DNA from: Candidatus Peribacter sp.
GTDB taxonomy: Bacteria > Patescibacteriota > Gracilibacteria > Peribacterales > Peribacteraceae
Assembly: GCA_018652955.1 (NCBI GenBank)
Contig: JABIBA010000013.1
Span: 55,880 to 119,879, forward strand
Direction of reading: 5' to 3'
Length of the DNA: 64,000 bases
This document shows, piece by piece, positions 47,592 through 57,986 of the stretch. Position 1 is the first letter of the stretch; each line of letters begins with the position of its first letter. A program made the position numbers and the translations under genes. The notes beneath the pieces were generated by a model that was given only the letters and a program-made list of their open reading frames with translations, ran no database searches and was not told the origin of the DNA.

Positions 47592-48680
47592 ATGCAATAC
47601 CCCTTGCTGTCTCGGCTGTTTCTTTCACGCTACCGCACCCCTGGTACGCCGAGTATTGGTATGTCGTCTTCTCAGCTAAAGGGTATAGAGGAGTACAACA
47701 AAAAGTGCGAGAGTGGTGAGTATAGTTTCGAGCGTGTGCCTTGTTTGTGTGGATCTTCTAAGTCCTATTGTGTTGGGCTTGCATGTCGGTATGGGCTTTC
47801 CACAGAGTCACACCTGTGTCTAAAGTGTGGAATGCTTCGTACGGATCCTCGTCCAACAGAAGAAAGCCTGAACAAGTTTTACAAAGAACTCTACGGAACG
47901 ATCTATGAGTTTGCTGCAGATCAAGAAGTGTTTGATTCGGAGCTTCGAGTAGAACAAAGATATCAAGAGCAAAAGAAGAGAGGAGAGTGGCTGTATCAAG
48001 AAATCAAATCAAAGCTCCCAACCGACAGAGCTCCAAAAGTATTTGATATTGGATGTAACTCGGGTGCTGCATTGCTGGCCTTTAAAGAGGCAGGCTGTGA
48101 ATGTTTTGGTTGTGACCTTGGTGTGAGTAGCTTCGAACGTGGACGCAAAGAAGGGCTCACGCTAGTAGAAGGAGACGAGACAGCACTCAAACAGTTTGGC
48201 ACTGCAGACTTTGTGTTCTTAAGTCATGTCATGGAACACCTGCCGCACCCTGGGGCAACGTTTAATAATATTCGTGGACTACTAGGTGATGGAGGACATC
48301 TTTATGTTGAGGTGCCAGGAATGTTGCGGTTTCATACGCGGGCACAAGGCATGATGCAGTATTTGCAGAATGCACACCTCTATCATTTCTCACTCGGGAC
48401 ACTGACAGACCTCGCAAGACAGTCAGGATTTGTACGCTACAAAGGATCACAACTCGTCTCAGGATTCTTTACGAAAGACTCAAAAAACACACTGCCAGTC
48501 TGTCGTCATTATTTGCGCCCGTATTTGTATCTTCTCTATATCTTCTTTGTAGAGATCCTCTATAAAACAAGGTTATTACCCGCTTTTATGGCTGCATACT
48601 TCTTTGCGCGCAGAGGAGTGCGTCACATGATTTGGGATATATGGGGATTTATTGTGCGCAAAAAGAAAAATCAAGGGTAA
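47592..48680 (+). CDS. Class I SAM-dependent methyltransferase with a zinc ribbon and hydrophobic C-terminus
   Basis: CLCGSS...CLKCGM, SAM motif VFDIGCNSGAALL, and acidic loop CDLG. The start is uncertain (TTG 47574, ATG 47592 or ATG 47661). Confidence 0.7.
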   Translation: MQYPLLSRLFLSRYRTPGTPSIGMSSSQLKGIEEYNKKCESGEYSFERVPCLCGSSKSYCVGLACRYGLSTESHLCLKCGMLRTDPRPTEESLNKFYKELYGTIYEFAADQEVFDSELRVEQRYQEQKKRGEWLYQEIKSKLPTDRAPKVFDIGCNSGAALLAFKEAGCECFGCDLGVSSFERGRKEGLTLVEGDETALKQFGTADFVFLSHVMEHLPHPGATFNNIRGLLGDGGHLYVEVPGMLRFHTRAQGMMQYLQNAHLYHFSLGTLTDLARQSGFVRYKGSQLVSGFFTKDSKNTLPVCRHYLRPYLYLLYIFFVEILYKTRLLPAFMAAYFFARRGVRHMIWDIWGFIVRKKKNQG

Positions 48681-48689
48681 GATTTTGCT

Positions 48690-49814
48690 ATGCGTATTTG
48701 CATTCTCCAGCACGTGTTTGATCCATACAAAGGTGCGAATCATCTTCCACTCTTTGCTGCTATGCAGGAGTGTCAGTTTACGATTGTCTGTAATGCATCA
48801 AAAATTTCTGATGCAGAGCTTCCAGCAAATGTAACAGTGGTGACGGTGCCGGGCCGCATTGGACCATACTACTACGGTATCCGCGATTATCTTTTTGCTA
48901 CATTGCTATTAAAACGTTATCCAATTGGAGATCAGTTTTGGAATCAGTTTGATGCTATTCATTGCAATCAAATCATGGGGCCGGCGCTAAGGAAACTTCG
49001 TCAGCTCAAAGCCCCTCTTCTTCTCACCATTCATCATCCTGTGACTGCGGATCGTGAAGTTGCTGTACAGGAATCAGGCGTACTCAGTGCACTACATTGG
49101 AAGCTCAAGTATTTCTTGCTCGTACGGTGGCAGCGTGCAATGTGTCACAATTGCAATACTCTTATCACAGTGTCTTCCACTGTACGTGATCGTTTAGTTT
49201 CTGATTACGGATGCGATGCATCATCTATAACGATTGTCCCCAATGGTGTTGATGGCGAAGAGTTTTGTATTGGCTCAGATCAAAATCAGTATGACGTAGT
49301 TGCGATGGGGTCGTTTGTTCATCCGCGTAAAGGATTCCCGTATCTCCTAAAAACGTATCAAGCGTTATCAGATGCAGGGAAACACATTGCCGATATTGGG
49401 AGAAGGACGGATGCACAACGCAGCGCATTAGAAAAAATTTCTGGTGTCACAACGTTTGGCACTATCCCTGGCGATGAGTTGATTCATGTCTTGCAACGAT
49501 CTGCAGTACTTATTTCTGTATCCCTCTACGAAGGATTTGGACTCTCTCTTATCGAAGCACTTTCCTGTGGAAAGCCTACATTCGCATTTGGTGGAGGAGC
49601 GGTACAGGAGGTATTAGACCCTATCGATCCTACATTTACCGTTTCGTTACGTGATACAGATATTCTCATCGAAAGAGTGCAGGCGTTTTTGGCATTTTCT
49701 GAAGAAGAGAGAAAGCAAAAAGGAGAACAGTATCGACAAAAAGTAATAGAGCTCTACGCACTTAAGAAGAGTGCTACAGCATTACAATCAGTATACGAGA
49801 AAGCTACTTCTTAA
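48690..49814 (+). CDS. GT4 (GT-B) glycosyltransferase
   Basis: EGFGLSLIEALSCGKP is the E-x7-E region typical of group 1 glycosyltransferases. Confidence 0.85.
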   Translation: MRICILQHVFDPYKGANHLPLFAAMQECQFTIVCNASKISDAELPANVTVVTVPGRIGPYYYGIRDYLFATLLLKRYPIGDQFWNQFDAIHCNQIMGPALRKLRQLKAPLLLTIHHPVTADREVAVQESGVLSALHWKLKYFLLVRWQRAMCHNCNTLITVSSTVRDRLVSDYGCDASSITIVPNGVDGEEFCIGSDQNQYDVVAMGSFVHPRKGFPYLLKTYQALSDAGKHIADIGRRTDAQRSALEKISGVTTFGTIPGDELIHVLQRSAVLISVSLYEGFGLSLIEALSCGKPTFAFGGGAVQEVLDPIDPTFTVSLRDTDILIERVQAFLAFSEEERKQKGEQYRQKVIELYALKKSATALQSVYEKATS

Positions 49815-50550
49815 TAGAGAAGTGCACCATGAGCTGCCATTGCTTCGGTGGATTTTTTGGTAGATCATGAGAGAAGTAGATGTGATCTACATGGTCTCCA
49901 AAGAGATCTAAAATGGCTTGTACACTTTCAAGTCGATCTTTTCCACATACTTCATATCCGAGGTTTTTCTCTATCTGCTCACCGGAAATCGATGTGTACT
50001 CCACGCCAACAGCGACAATTCCTCCATTGCGTGTTACACGGATAATTTCGTCTGCTGCTTTTTTTCGGTTATCACTATAAGTGATTACCCAACCGAGCAT
50101 CGTTACTTCAAAAGCATTATCTTTATATGGCATAGCGTGCATATCTCCGAGGTCTATCCATGGAGAGTACGTCATCAAGTCTAGTCCTCGTACATTTCTA
50201 AATCCTGCTCCAAGAAGGTTGAGTATTTCTCCTTCGGACCGTGGTCCAATACTAAGCACTGGTGCACTGCGACTTACACGGATAGCAGTGAGAGGTTGTA
50301 CCATCAGATTTGAACGATTTACTCCCATGTAACTAAATGTTTTGAGGCCTTTTAAATTCATGAAGACTGTATTTACACCAACGTCTCCTGTGTCAGGCTC
50401 GAGTGTCTTAAGCCTTCTAAGAATAATTACCAAGCAGAAGTAACGGATAGCAGCAATAAATTGACGGACGATATCTACACGTAGCAGTTGGTAAAAAAAC
50501 TGCTTTGTTTCGTATGCAAAATTCCACAGAAACGAATGGTTTTTTTTCAT
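49804..50550 (-). CDS. Class I SAM-dependent methyltransferase
   Basis: VLSIGPRSEGEI...GLDL...MPYKDNAFEV...RVTRNGGIV is the Methyltransf_11-like order of motifs. Confidence 0.65.
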   Translation of the reverse strand: MKKNHSFLWNFAYETKQFFYQLLRVDIVRQFIAAIRYFCLVIILRRLKTLEPDTGDVGVNTVFMNLKGLKTFSYMGVNRSNLMVQPLTAIRVSRSAPVLSIGPRSEGEILNLLGAGFRNVRGLDLMTYSPWIDLGDMHAMPYKDNAFEVTMLGWVITYSDNRKKAADEIIRVTRNGGIVAVGVEYTSISGEQIEKNLGYEVCGKDRLESVQAILDLFGDHVDHIYFSHDLPKNPPKQWQLMVHFSIKK

Positions 50551-50562
50551 GGAGTAGTTTGA

Positions 50563-51498
50563 TTAAGATTTAGGATGGGGATCTTTGGGGACACCACTAA
50601 TAGTAAGGCTATCAATGCCGTCACGTTCTAGCTGCTCGTACCACGGTAGAATATTTGGAACAAAGAAGAATGAGACGATATCACGGAATGCTTTTCGTGG
50701 AGCAACTGCACGGTGGAAGAAGTTTTGATCTAAGATTGTTGCATCTCCAGCATTAGCGTCGTTATGGAATGGTCGGTATGGAAGCTTGTGTTCTTTTGCA
50801 AAGTCTTGCAGGTCTGCGTAGCGTTCATCAAGTTGCTGTCCAAAGTATCCTGCATCGCGGTACGCCATTGTATCTTCGCGGTTCATGAGTTGTGTTGCAC
50901 CGGTATCTTCCATCGCCTCTGTAAGATGCAGAAATAATTTGCAGGTGTGTGGTGGAAAAGAATCCGAATGCCAGAACCATGAGCCGGCAATAGCTTCAGA
51001 TGGAACAGAGCGGTAACACGTTGCCCATTCGATACGATAGTTACTCTGAAAGAAATTCAGCAATGCCGCATTAACAGCAGGTGTGTGCAGTACGTCGAGC
51101 AAGTCTTCACCTAAAGTAATAAGCGGCTGCTTGATACCAATAGAAAGACCACTTGCATCTTTATAGTCTACGGATGGATCTTTTTGTTCAATGAGCGCAG
51201 AAATCTTATCCACATGTGCTTTTGCTCTTTGCGCTGGGAATGCATTTTGTACAAGTGTTCCACCATCTACGATGAGAGGTGATATATCGAAGTTTTGTTC
51301 CCCATTTAGGTCTTTGTAGTGCTTTTTACATTCAGCAGCGTAGCGTACGTAGGTTCTATTAATTCGTGGTGGGAGCGTATTATTGTATTTTCTGTAATAG
51401 TGCCGAGAACGCTGTATGTGCTTGAGAACTGAATCTGCCACTGTATGAAGTACCTTCATCATGGACTGCAGTCTATGGTTCACCTCAATAGTGTGCAA
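50563..51498 (-). CDS. Fe(II)/2-oxoglutarate dioxygenase, PhyH-like (tentative)
   Basis: WHSD (H-x-D) and a distal FFHRA His, then RDIVSF. TTG start in the track; the first ATG is at 51462. Confidence 0.55.
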   Translation of the reverse strand: MHTIEVNHRLQSMMKVLHTVADSVLKHIQRSRHYYRKYNNTLPPRINRTYVRYAAECKKHYKDLNGEQNFDISPLIVDGGTLVQNAFPAQRAKAHVDKISALIEQKDPSVDYKDASGLSIGIKQPLITLGEDLLDVLHTPAVNAALLNFFQSNYRIEWATCYRSVPSEAIAGSWFWHSDSFPPHTCKLFLHLTEAMEDTGATQLMNREDTMAYRDAGYFGQQLDERYADLQDFAKEHKLPYRPFHNDANAGDATILDQNFFHRAVAPRKAFRDIVSFFFVPNILPWYEQLERDGIDSLTISGVPKDPHPKS

Positions 51499-51560
51499 GC
51501 AACTTGGGTATCTTCGTATACCTTTTCCTTGCTCCTTAGGAGGACATTCATTAGCCTTAT

Positions 51561-53384
51561 TTGGCTATTCTTATGGAAGAAATACCTCAAACATCGATAG
51601 GTCAGTTAAAGTTTCTTCTTCGGAAGATCCATTTTAAGCCGTGGTATATCGCAGTTCCTATTACTTTTGGCCTATTTGCTGCTGCATTTGAGGGTGTGGG
51701 TATGGGTTTGCTTATTCCTATACTTACTGGATTTCTGGATCAGAATTTTACATTCCTTCTAGAGACACCTGTACTTGGTAGTATCGTTAAGAAATTACCT
51801 GAGTCTATTCTTACGAATGACCGTCTCTTATTTCTGATATTGTTTTCTGCATTTATGACGGCGTACATTCTCCGGAGTAGCTTGCGATTTTTGTCGGTGT
51901 TTTCTATGGCGCATTTTTCCGAGCGTCTTGTACACCATCTACGTAAGTCTCTTTTTGTGCGATATCTGACTTTTGGAAAACTCTTCTTTGATACGACAAA
52001 TGTTGGGCATCATAGCGCAGTGTTTATGGAGTTTGCTCGCAAGTCTCTTCAGCCGCTCATTAGCTTAGACAAGTTTCTTAATGCACTGTTCGCACTCGTT
52101 GCATACCTTGTTGTAATGGTTACTATTTCGTGGAGACTCACTCTTATTGCTCTGCCACTCTTTTTGATGTTGCACCTTGTAGTGAAGTTTTTGGTTGTTC
52201 GTTTGCGCAAGCTCTCGCACGCAACTTCTTTGCGTGGTTCAGAACTCAACAGAAAATCGATTGAGATTCTTTCGACAATACCACTAGTCAAAGCGAATCG
52301 AACAGAGCGAGAGGAAATGGAGCGCTTTAAAGAGATTAGTGACCAGAAAGCACAATTAGATTTTCGTGGTAGCGTGTTTCTGTATGTGGTTCAGCCTATT
52401 CAAGAAATTGTTACGCTCATCGTAGCGTCGGCAATTTTCTTTGGTGCCATTTATGTTCTTGGACGAGATCAAATTGCGTCTGCCCCTGCAATCATTGTGT
52501 ATTTCTATACAGTGATTAATGCAACGAGTAAGTTTGGTACGGTGTCTGGGTACCGCGGTATTATTGCGCATGCAGCAGGTCAGTTGGAGGCTGTGGTGGA
52601 AGTGTTTAATGATGAGGGAAAGTTTTTCGTTAAAGATGGTACTGAAGAGCTTAAAGAAATAACAACGGGTATTGAATGTAAAGATCTTACCTTTTCTTAC
52701 ACCGATCGTTCTGTATTGGAACATGTGTCGTTTGAGATTGAAAAGGGAAAAATGACGGCCATTGTAGGACCTTCCGGAGCAGGTAAAAGTACTATCATTA
52801 ATTTGCTGATGCGGTTTTATGATTGCCCTCCTGGGACACTCTTTATCGATGGAAAAGATATTCGATCGTATACACTTGATTCCTATCTTGAACATGTCGG
52901 TATCGTAAGTCAGGAAACGTTACTGCTTCATGACACTCTTCGTCATAATATTCTATATGGATTGAGTGACGTCTCAGAAGATCAACTTCAAGATGCTCTA
53001 AAACGGTCTCAGCTTTCTGGGTTTATCGAGAAGCTTCCAGATGGATTGAATACTATAATTGGCGATAGAGGAGTAAAGCTTTCTGGCGGAGAGAAGCAGC
53101 GAATCTCCATTGCTCGTGCGCTTCTAAAAGGCCCAGAGATCCTTATTCTTGATGAAGCTACGAGCTCACTCGATAGCCAGACTGAGAAGCAGATCCAGGC
53201 AGCTATTGATGAGGCAGTCTCTGGTCGTACCGCTATTGTCATAGCCCACCGCCTATCGACGATTAAGCATGCAGATAAGATAATTACGATGAAAGACGGT
53301 CAATTGGCCGAAGAAGGCACTTTAGATGAGCTATTGGAGAAGAAAGGCGTATTCTACGGTCTCTGGCAGGAGCAGAAATTCTAG
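51561..53384 (+). CDS. Fused TMD-NBD ABC exporter (MsbA/PglK-like)
   Basis: Six N-terminal helices, then Walker A GPSGAGKST, signature LSGGEKQR, and Walker B ILILDEATS. Confidence 0.9.
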   Translation: MAILMEEIPQTSIGQLKFLLRKIHFKPWYIAVPITFGLFAAAFEGVGMGLLIPILTGFLDQNFTFLLETPVLGSIVKKLPESILTNDRLLFLILFSAFMTAYILRSSLRFLSVFSMAHFSERLVHHLRKSLFVRYLTFGKLFFDTTNVGHHSAVFMEFARKSLQPLISLDKFLNALFALVAYLVVMVTISWRLTLIALPLFLMLHLVVKFLVVRLRKLSHATSLRGSELNRKSIEILSTIPLVKANRTEREEMERFKEISDQKAQLDFRGSVFLYVVQPIQEIVTLIVASAIFFGAIYVLGRDQIASAPAIIVYFYTVINATSKFGTVSGYRGIIAHAAGQLEAVVEVFNDEGKFFVKDGTEELKEITTGIECKDLTFSYTDRSVLEHVSFEIEKGKMTAIVGPSGAGKSTIINLLMRFYDCPPGTLFIDGKDIRSYTLDSYLEHVGIVSQETLLLHDTLRHNILYGLSDVSEDQLQDALKRSQLSGFIEKLPDGLNTIIGDRGVKLSGGEKQRISIARALLKGPEILILDEATSSLDSQTEKQIQAAIDEAVSGRTAIVIAHRLSTIKHADKIITMKDGQLAEEGTLDELLEKKGVFYGLWQEQKF

Positions 53385-53429
53385 TCTTTTCTAGCTGTAG
53401 GACCTAAATAGAGCTAGTATTCGGCCGTT

Positions 53430-54131
53430 ATGGGAGTACTTGCAATTATCCCTGCTAGGGCAGGTTCGAAAACTATTCGGCATAAGAATATTCAGCTCGT
53501 AGGCGGAAAACCGCTTATCGTGCATTCTATCGAACACGGGCTTAAGAGCGGTTTAATCGATCGCGTGATCGTAAGTACCGACAGCGAAGAGTATGCAGAA
53601 CTTGCAAGGGCTGCAGGTGCTGAAGTTCCGTTTATGCGACCAGAGGAACTTGCAGGAGACCTCTCTACTGATCTTGAAACATTTAAACATGCATTGGAGT
53701 GGCTAAAAGAGCATGAAGACTATCACCCAGAGATTTGTGTAAACCTTCGCCCAACATTTCCATTACGAAAAATAGAAGACGTTGATGCTGTTGTTGCACT
53801 TCTGAAAGATCAGGAGAATCTTGATAGTGTTCGCAGCGTAGTTCCTGCATTGCACACGCCATACAAAATGTGGTTTACCGATGCGGATGGTACATTAAAG
53901 CCGATCATAGAACATGACATTGATGATGCACATAACCTGCCGCGTCAGGCCTTACCGAAGACCTATTTACAGAACGCTTGTATCGATGCAGTGCGCTCAT
54001 CAGTAATTCTTGAAAAAGATTCGATGTCGGGTGATACAATCTATGGGTATCACATGGAAGATTTCTTTGATATTGATACACCAGAAGACCTTAAGCGTGC
54101 GAACGAAGCACTTTCCCTTCTCCTAAAATGA
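53430..54131 (+). CDS. Acylneuraminate-type cytidylyltransferase (CMP-ulosonic acid synthetase)
   Basis: LAIIPARAGSKTIRHKNIQLVGGKPLIVHSIE is the typical NeuA/PseF/LegF/KdsB-like N-terminus. Confidence 0.85.
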   Translation: MGVLAIIPARAGSKTIRHKNIQLVGGKPLIVHSIEHGLKSGLIDRVIVSTDSEEYAELARAAGAEVPFMRPEELAGDLSTDLETFKHALEWLKEHEDYHPEICVNLRPTFPLRKIEDVDAVVALLKDQENLDSVRSVVPALHTPYKMWFTDADGTLKPIIEHDIDDAHNLPRQALPKTYLQNACIDAVRSSVILEKDSMSGDTIYGYHMEDFFDIDTPEDLKRANEALSLLLK

Positions 54132-55630
54132 ACAATCCATTATTCAATAAATTATTTGTATGTGATGTGGCGAACAACCACCAAGGTAGTGTCGATCATG
54201 GTCGTAAGATTATTGATGGAATGGCGAAGGTTGCAAAAGAAAACGATGTTCGCATTGGACTGAAGTTTCAGTTTCGTGAACTGGATAGTTTTATCCACCC
54301 TCAGTTTAAGGACAACAAAGACGTAAAACATATCGATCGATTTTTAAGTACACGTCTGAGTGCAGAAGAGTTTAACGGGATGGTGGAGTACGCAGCTGCA
54401 CAAGGCTTAACAACTATTGCAACTCCTTTCGATGAAGCATCTGTACAACAGTGTCTTGATTGCAATGTCGACATTATTAAAATTGCAAGTTGCAGCGCTC
54501 TCGATTGGCCATTACTTGAAGCAGTCGCGAATGCAGGTAAGCCAGTGATCATCTCTTCTGGTGGACTAGTCTTTGCAGAGATTGATAAGATCGTAAGCTT
54601 CTTAGAGCACAAGAATGTGGACTTTGCTCTTATGCATTGTGTAAGTGTGTACCCAACACCAAATACATTGGTGCACATGGAAACAGTACGTCGATTTAAA
54701 AATAGATACCCAACTATTCCTGTTGGATACAGTGGGCATGAGTCGCCAGAAAATAATGAGGTAGCTGTTGTTGCCATCTCTAAAGGTGCTCAGCTTATAG
54801 AGCGACATGTTGGGGTAGAGACAGAGGACATCAAGCTGAACGCGTACTCTATGACACAAGAGCAAACTGATGCATGGGTGAAGGCAGGGCTTCGTGCATG
54901 GGAGATTGCAGGAAATGACGAAAAGCAGGTTTCTGATGAGGAAAAGGCCTCTCTTGTTACCTTGATGCGTGGTACGTATGCTTCAAAGCCGATTAAAAAA
55001 GGCGATGTGGTAACTCCTGATGATGTGTACTTTGCGATGCCCCTACAAGACGGACAGCTTTGTAGTGGGGACTTTGGAAGCTATCGCAGTGTCTATACTG
55101 CGACACGTGACTACGCTCCTGACGAGCCAGTTGTAGAAACCTCTTCTCCTGACCCTATTCACTCTGTGCGTAATGCGATTCACAAGGCGAAGGGAATGCT
55201 GAATGAAGCGAGTGTGTGTATTGGTAATGAATGTAGTATTGAACTTTCTCACCACTATGGTCTCGATCGTTTCGAAGAAGTTGGAGCTACTATCATTAAT
55301 AGTATCAACCGTGAGTACTGCAAAAAGTTTATCGTAGTATTCGCTGGGCAAAAGCATCCACCACACAAGCACGAGAAGAAAGAAGAAACCTTCGAGGTTC
55401 TATGGGGAGACCTAGAGGTACATTTGGACGATGAAGTTCTCTTCTTAAAACCTGGGGACAGCGTCTTAGTAAAACGAAACACATGGCACAGTTTTTCTTC
55501 TGTAAATGGTGCAATCTTCGAAGAGATTTCTACAACACACTACCGTGATGATTCACACTACGAAGATGAGAACATCAGCAAAATGGATCCGATGGAACGT
55601 AAAACTCTTATCGATCCGTGGAACGGTTAA
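54128..55630 (+). CDS. NeuB-family synthase fused to SAF and a C-terminal sugar-isomerase-like cupin
   Basis: NeuB core: VANNHQGSVDHG...KFQFR...IKIASCS...IISSGG...YSGHE...ERHV. SAF-like segment: ASKPIKKGDVVTPDDV. C-terminal cupin: FAGQKHPPHKHEKKEETFEVLWGDLEVHL...GDSVLV..NTWHSF. Confidence 0.8.
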   Translation: MNNPLFNKLFVCDVANNHQGSVDHGRKIIDGMAKVAKENDVRIGLKFQFRELDSFIHPQFKDNKDVKHIDRFLSTRLSAEEFNGMVEYAAAQGLTTIATPFDEASVQQCLDCNVDIIKIASCSALDWPLLEAVANAGKPVIISSGGLVFAEIDKIVSFLEHKNVDFALMHCVSVYPTPNTLVHMETVRRFKNRYPTIPVGYSGHESPENNEVAVVAISKGAQLIERHVGVETEDIKLNAYSMTQEQTDAWVKAGLRAWEIAGNDEKQVSDEEKASLVTLMRGTYASKPIKKGDVVTPDDVYFAMPLQDGQLCSGDFGSYRSVYTATRDYAPDEPVVETSSPDPIHSVRNAIHKAKGMLNEASVCIGNECSIELSHHYGLDRFEEVGATIINSINREYCKKFIVVFAGQKHPPHKHEKKEETFEVLWGDLEVHLDDEVLFLKPGDSVLVKRNTWHSFSSVNGAIFEEISTTHYRDDSHYEDENISKMDPMERKTLIDPWNG

Positions 55631-56415
55631 GCAAGCTTGAAGTGATATACACCGACTGCGCCTTCTTGCTTTGCGTCTCCCATAAACGGGACACTGTAGT
55701 TTTCGAGCCACGATAGTAATTCGTCGATGCGCTCTTGCGGGATTTTCCAACCTGCATCGCGTGCAACATTGGGCAGACGCCTTTTAAAGTCTTCGACCAT
55801 CTTCATTCCACCTCCCCATTCGCGGTCTACTGTAGACCATTCTAAATTCATGCTGAGTTCTTTTGCCCATTCTTCAAAGTTAAGTGGTGTTAGGTAGTGC
55901 AAGTCTGCCAGTGTGATTGGTGCACGGAACAAGTGCCACAGTGTTTGCAGTATGTATCCTCTTGGGTTTAACCAGTTTGGACTCGTCATAATAAGTGAAC
56001 CTCCTGGGTTTAGTTTTTCTTTCCAAGCCTTCAACGTTCCTAGTGGGTCATCCATATGTTCAAGAGTTCCGTTTGAAATAATGACATCAAAAGTTTGTTC
56101 AATCTCATCAACATTAATACAGGCGTACTTGAGGTTCGGTGCTTCATATTTCTTTTGCGCTTCTTCAATGGCACTTTCTGCAAAATCTACTCCGAGTACA
56201 GATTTCGCTCCTGCATCGGAGATCAAAGCGCACATATCTCCGGTACCGCATCCTGCGTCCATGACATCTTTGTCTTCCCATGACATTAGGGCAAATACAG
56301 CAGAAAATTCATCAGGCATATCACCCTTTTGGAGACGAAAGTACGTGTAGTGCTCTTTCTCTCCTTTCTTGTATACACCGTCGTAGAATGCTTTCAGATC
56401 TGTATTCTTTTTCAT
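55627..56415 (-). CDS. Class I SAM-dependent methyltransferase
   Basis: VMDAGCGTGDM...GVDF...VIISNGTLEHM. Confidence 0.8.
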   Translation of the reverse strand: MKKNTDLKAFYDGVYKKGEKEHYTYFRLQKGDMPDEFSAVFALMSWEDKDVMDAGCGTGDMCALISDAGAKSVLGVDFAESAIEEAQKKYEAPNLKYACINVDEIEQTFDVIISNGTLEHMDDPLGTLKAWKEKLNPGGSLIMTSPNWLNPRGYILQTLWHLFRAPITLADLHYLTPLNFEEWAKELSMNLEWSTVDREWGGGMKMVEDFKRRLPNVARDAGWKIPQERIDELLSWLENYSVPFMGDAKQEGAVGVYHFKLA

Positions 56416-56494
56416 GAGCCAGATCCTATCACACCTATTTTGCGTTTTCCTGTAAATACTTGCTTCTTTACGGTATTTACCTCAATACTGGGGC

Positions 56495-57973
56495 GTGCCT
56501 AAGCCTATACGCGCCATCATTTCACACTTCTCGTTCGATTTCTCCTATGCAGCTATCGAGGCTGTTATGAAGGAACGTTCGTTTGAGCATTGTGCAATCA
56601 TCTCTACTCCAGAGGTTCCTCGGCATTTCAGTGGCCTACCTCAGGAGAACCAAGAGTGGTTTAACTCTAGTGATATTCGTGGGTGTGATTACGGTACTGT
56701 GCAGTGGGATACGTTGCTACCTCTCGACGAAGAACTTATCTATGCGATGTATCATTGCGAGGCACTGTTTATGGAAACGGTTTGTCGGCAAGAATGGAAA
56801 TATGAAATTACGTATACACAGCGAAAGCAGTGGTACCTCAAGCAGTTGCGATTTTGGAATGATTACATTCAGAAGCACAGTATTAATTTGTATCTTGCTG
56901 CGTGGCTTCCACATGAAGTTCCTGATGTGGTGATTTACCACCTCTGTAAATATTATGACGTGCCGATTGTGTATTTTCATATGGCGATAGAGCAGGACAC
57001 TGGGTTTATTGAGAGCGACATAGAAGAGTCTGCAGTACAGATACAGAAGCGTTTTATAGAGTTGCAAAAAGAGTACGTACAAGAACAAAATCCTCTAGCC
57101 ATTGAGTTAAACGAACAGTTTGCTGCGCGGTACGAAAACCTTACGGCGCTCGAAGCGCAAAAACCAATCCTCGAAAGCCTAAAACGTAAAACATACTTCG
57201 GAAACGTACTGGAGATGTTTCTGAAAAAACCTGTGCACGTTGTTAAATGCATTGGGTTGTTTTGTACTCCTTACGGGGTAACGCGCTTACAGAGAACATG
57301 GAAACGTCGTCGTATAATAAGAGAGCGTAATGCGTATTACACTAAATATGCTGTGCATCCAGATCTCTCACAGCCTTACGTATATGTTGCACTTCACTTT
57401 CAGCCAGAAGCATCTACTACTCCGATGGGTGGTGTGTTTGCTAATCAACTTCTTCTTGTGCAGATGCTTGATGCGCATCTACCCGAAGGTGTGTTTATTT
57501 ATGTCAAAGAACATCCGAAGGAGAGTTCATGGCTTAGTAGGAGTATCGAAGAGTACGAAAGTCTTGTGTCGATTCCTCGTGTGCGTCTCGTTGCCCGTGA
57601 GGTGGATACTTTTGCTCTGCGCGAACACTGCACAGCAGTGGGTACTGCTACGGGCTCTGTGGGGTACGAGGCTCTCTTTCGCAGTAAGCCAGTCTTTATG
57701 TTTGGTCATCGGTTTTATCAATATGCTAGTGGCGTCTACCGCATTCATATGGACATAGACTTACAAGAAGCAATTCAGGCAGTCTTTGAGCGAGGGGAGA
57801 CACCGACGCTTAAAGATGCGAGGCTCTATCTGAAAGCTATGGAGGATACGCGTGTGCATGGCACTGTAAACCCTTGGGATCGCAAAGTGTCTAAATTAAG
57901 CGACAAAGAGCATGCTAAGGCTTGTAGCATATCTATCCTTGAAAAACTGGCAGAAATAGAGTCTGAGGCTTAG
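56495..57973 (+). CDS. Capsule_synth (KpsC/KpsS/LpsZ)-like glycosyltransferase, paralog A
   Basis: [25 protein letters not shown] and [26 protein letters not shown] fit the LQ..D / K.HP / StvG.EAl..gkPv..G..fY layout of beta-Kdo-transferase-type capsule proteins. GTG start. Confidence 0.6.
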   Translation: MPKPIRAIISHFSFDFSYAAIEAVMKERSFEHCAIISTPEVPRHFSGLPQENQEWFNSSDIRGCDYGTVQWDTLLPLDEELIYAMYHCEALFMETVCRQEWKYEITYTQRKQWYLKQLRFWNDYIQKHSINLYLAAWLPHEVPDVVIYHLCKYYDVPIVYFHMAIEQDTGFIESDIEESAVQIQKRFIELQKEYVQEQNPLAIELNEQFAARYENLTALEAQKPILESLKRKTYFGNVLEMFLKKPVHVVKCIGLFCTPYGVTRLQRTWKRRRIIRERNAYYTKYAVHPDLSQPYVYVALHFQPEASTTPMGGVFANQLLLVQMLDAHLPEGVFIYVKEHPKESSWLSRSIEEYESLVSIPRVRLVAREVDTFALREHCTAVGTATGSVGYEALFRSKPVFMFGHRFYQYASGVYRIHMDIDLQEAIQAVFERGETPTLKDARLYLKAMEDTRVHGTVNPWDRKVSKLSDKEHAKACSISILEKLAEIESEA

Positions 57974-57986
57974 TATTGGACGTACC

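Noticed and set aside
51538-51543. AGGAGG upstream of the ABC exporter gene, considered as a functional Shine-Dalgarno site.
   Set aside because: It lies 17 nt before the TTG at 51561 and 29 nt before the ATG at 51573. The in-frame codons directly after it hit a TAG. The spacing is not compatible with initiation.
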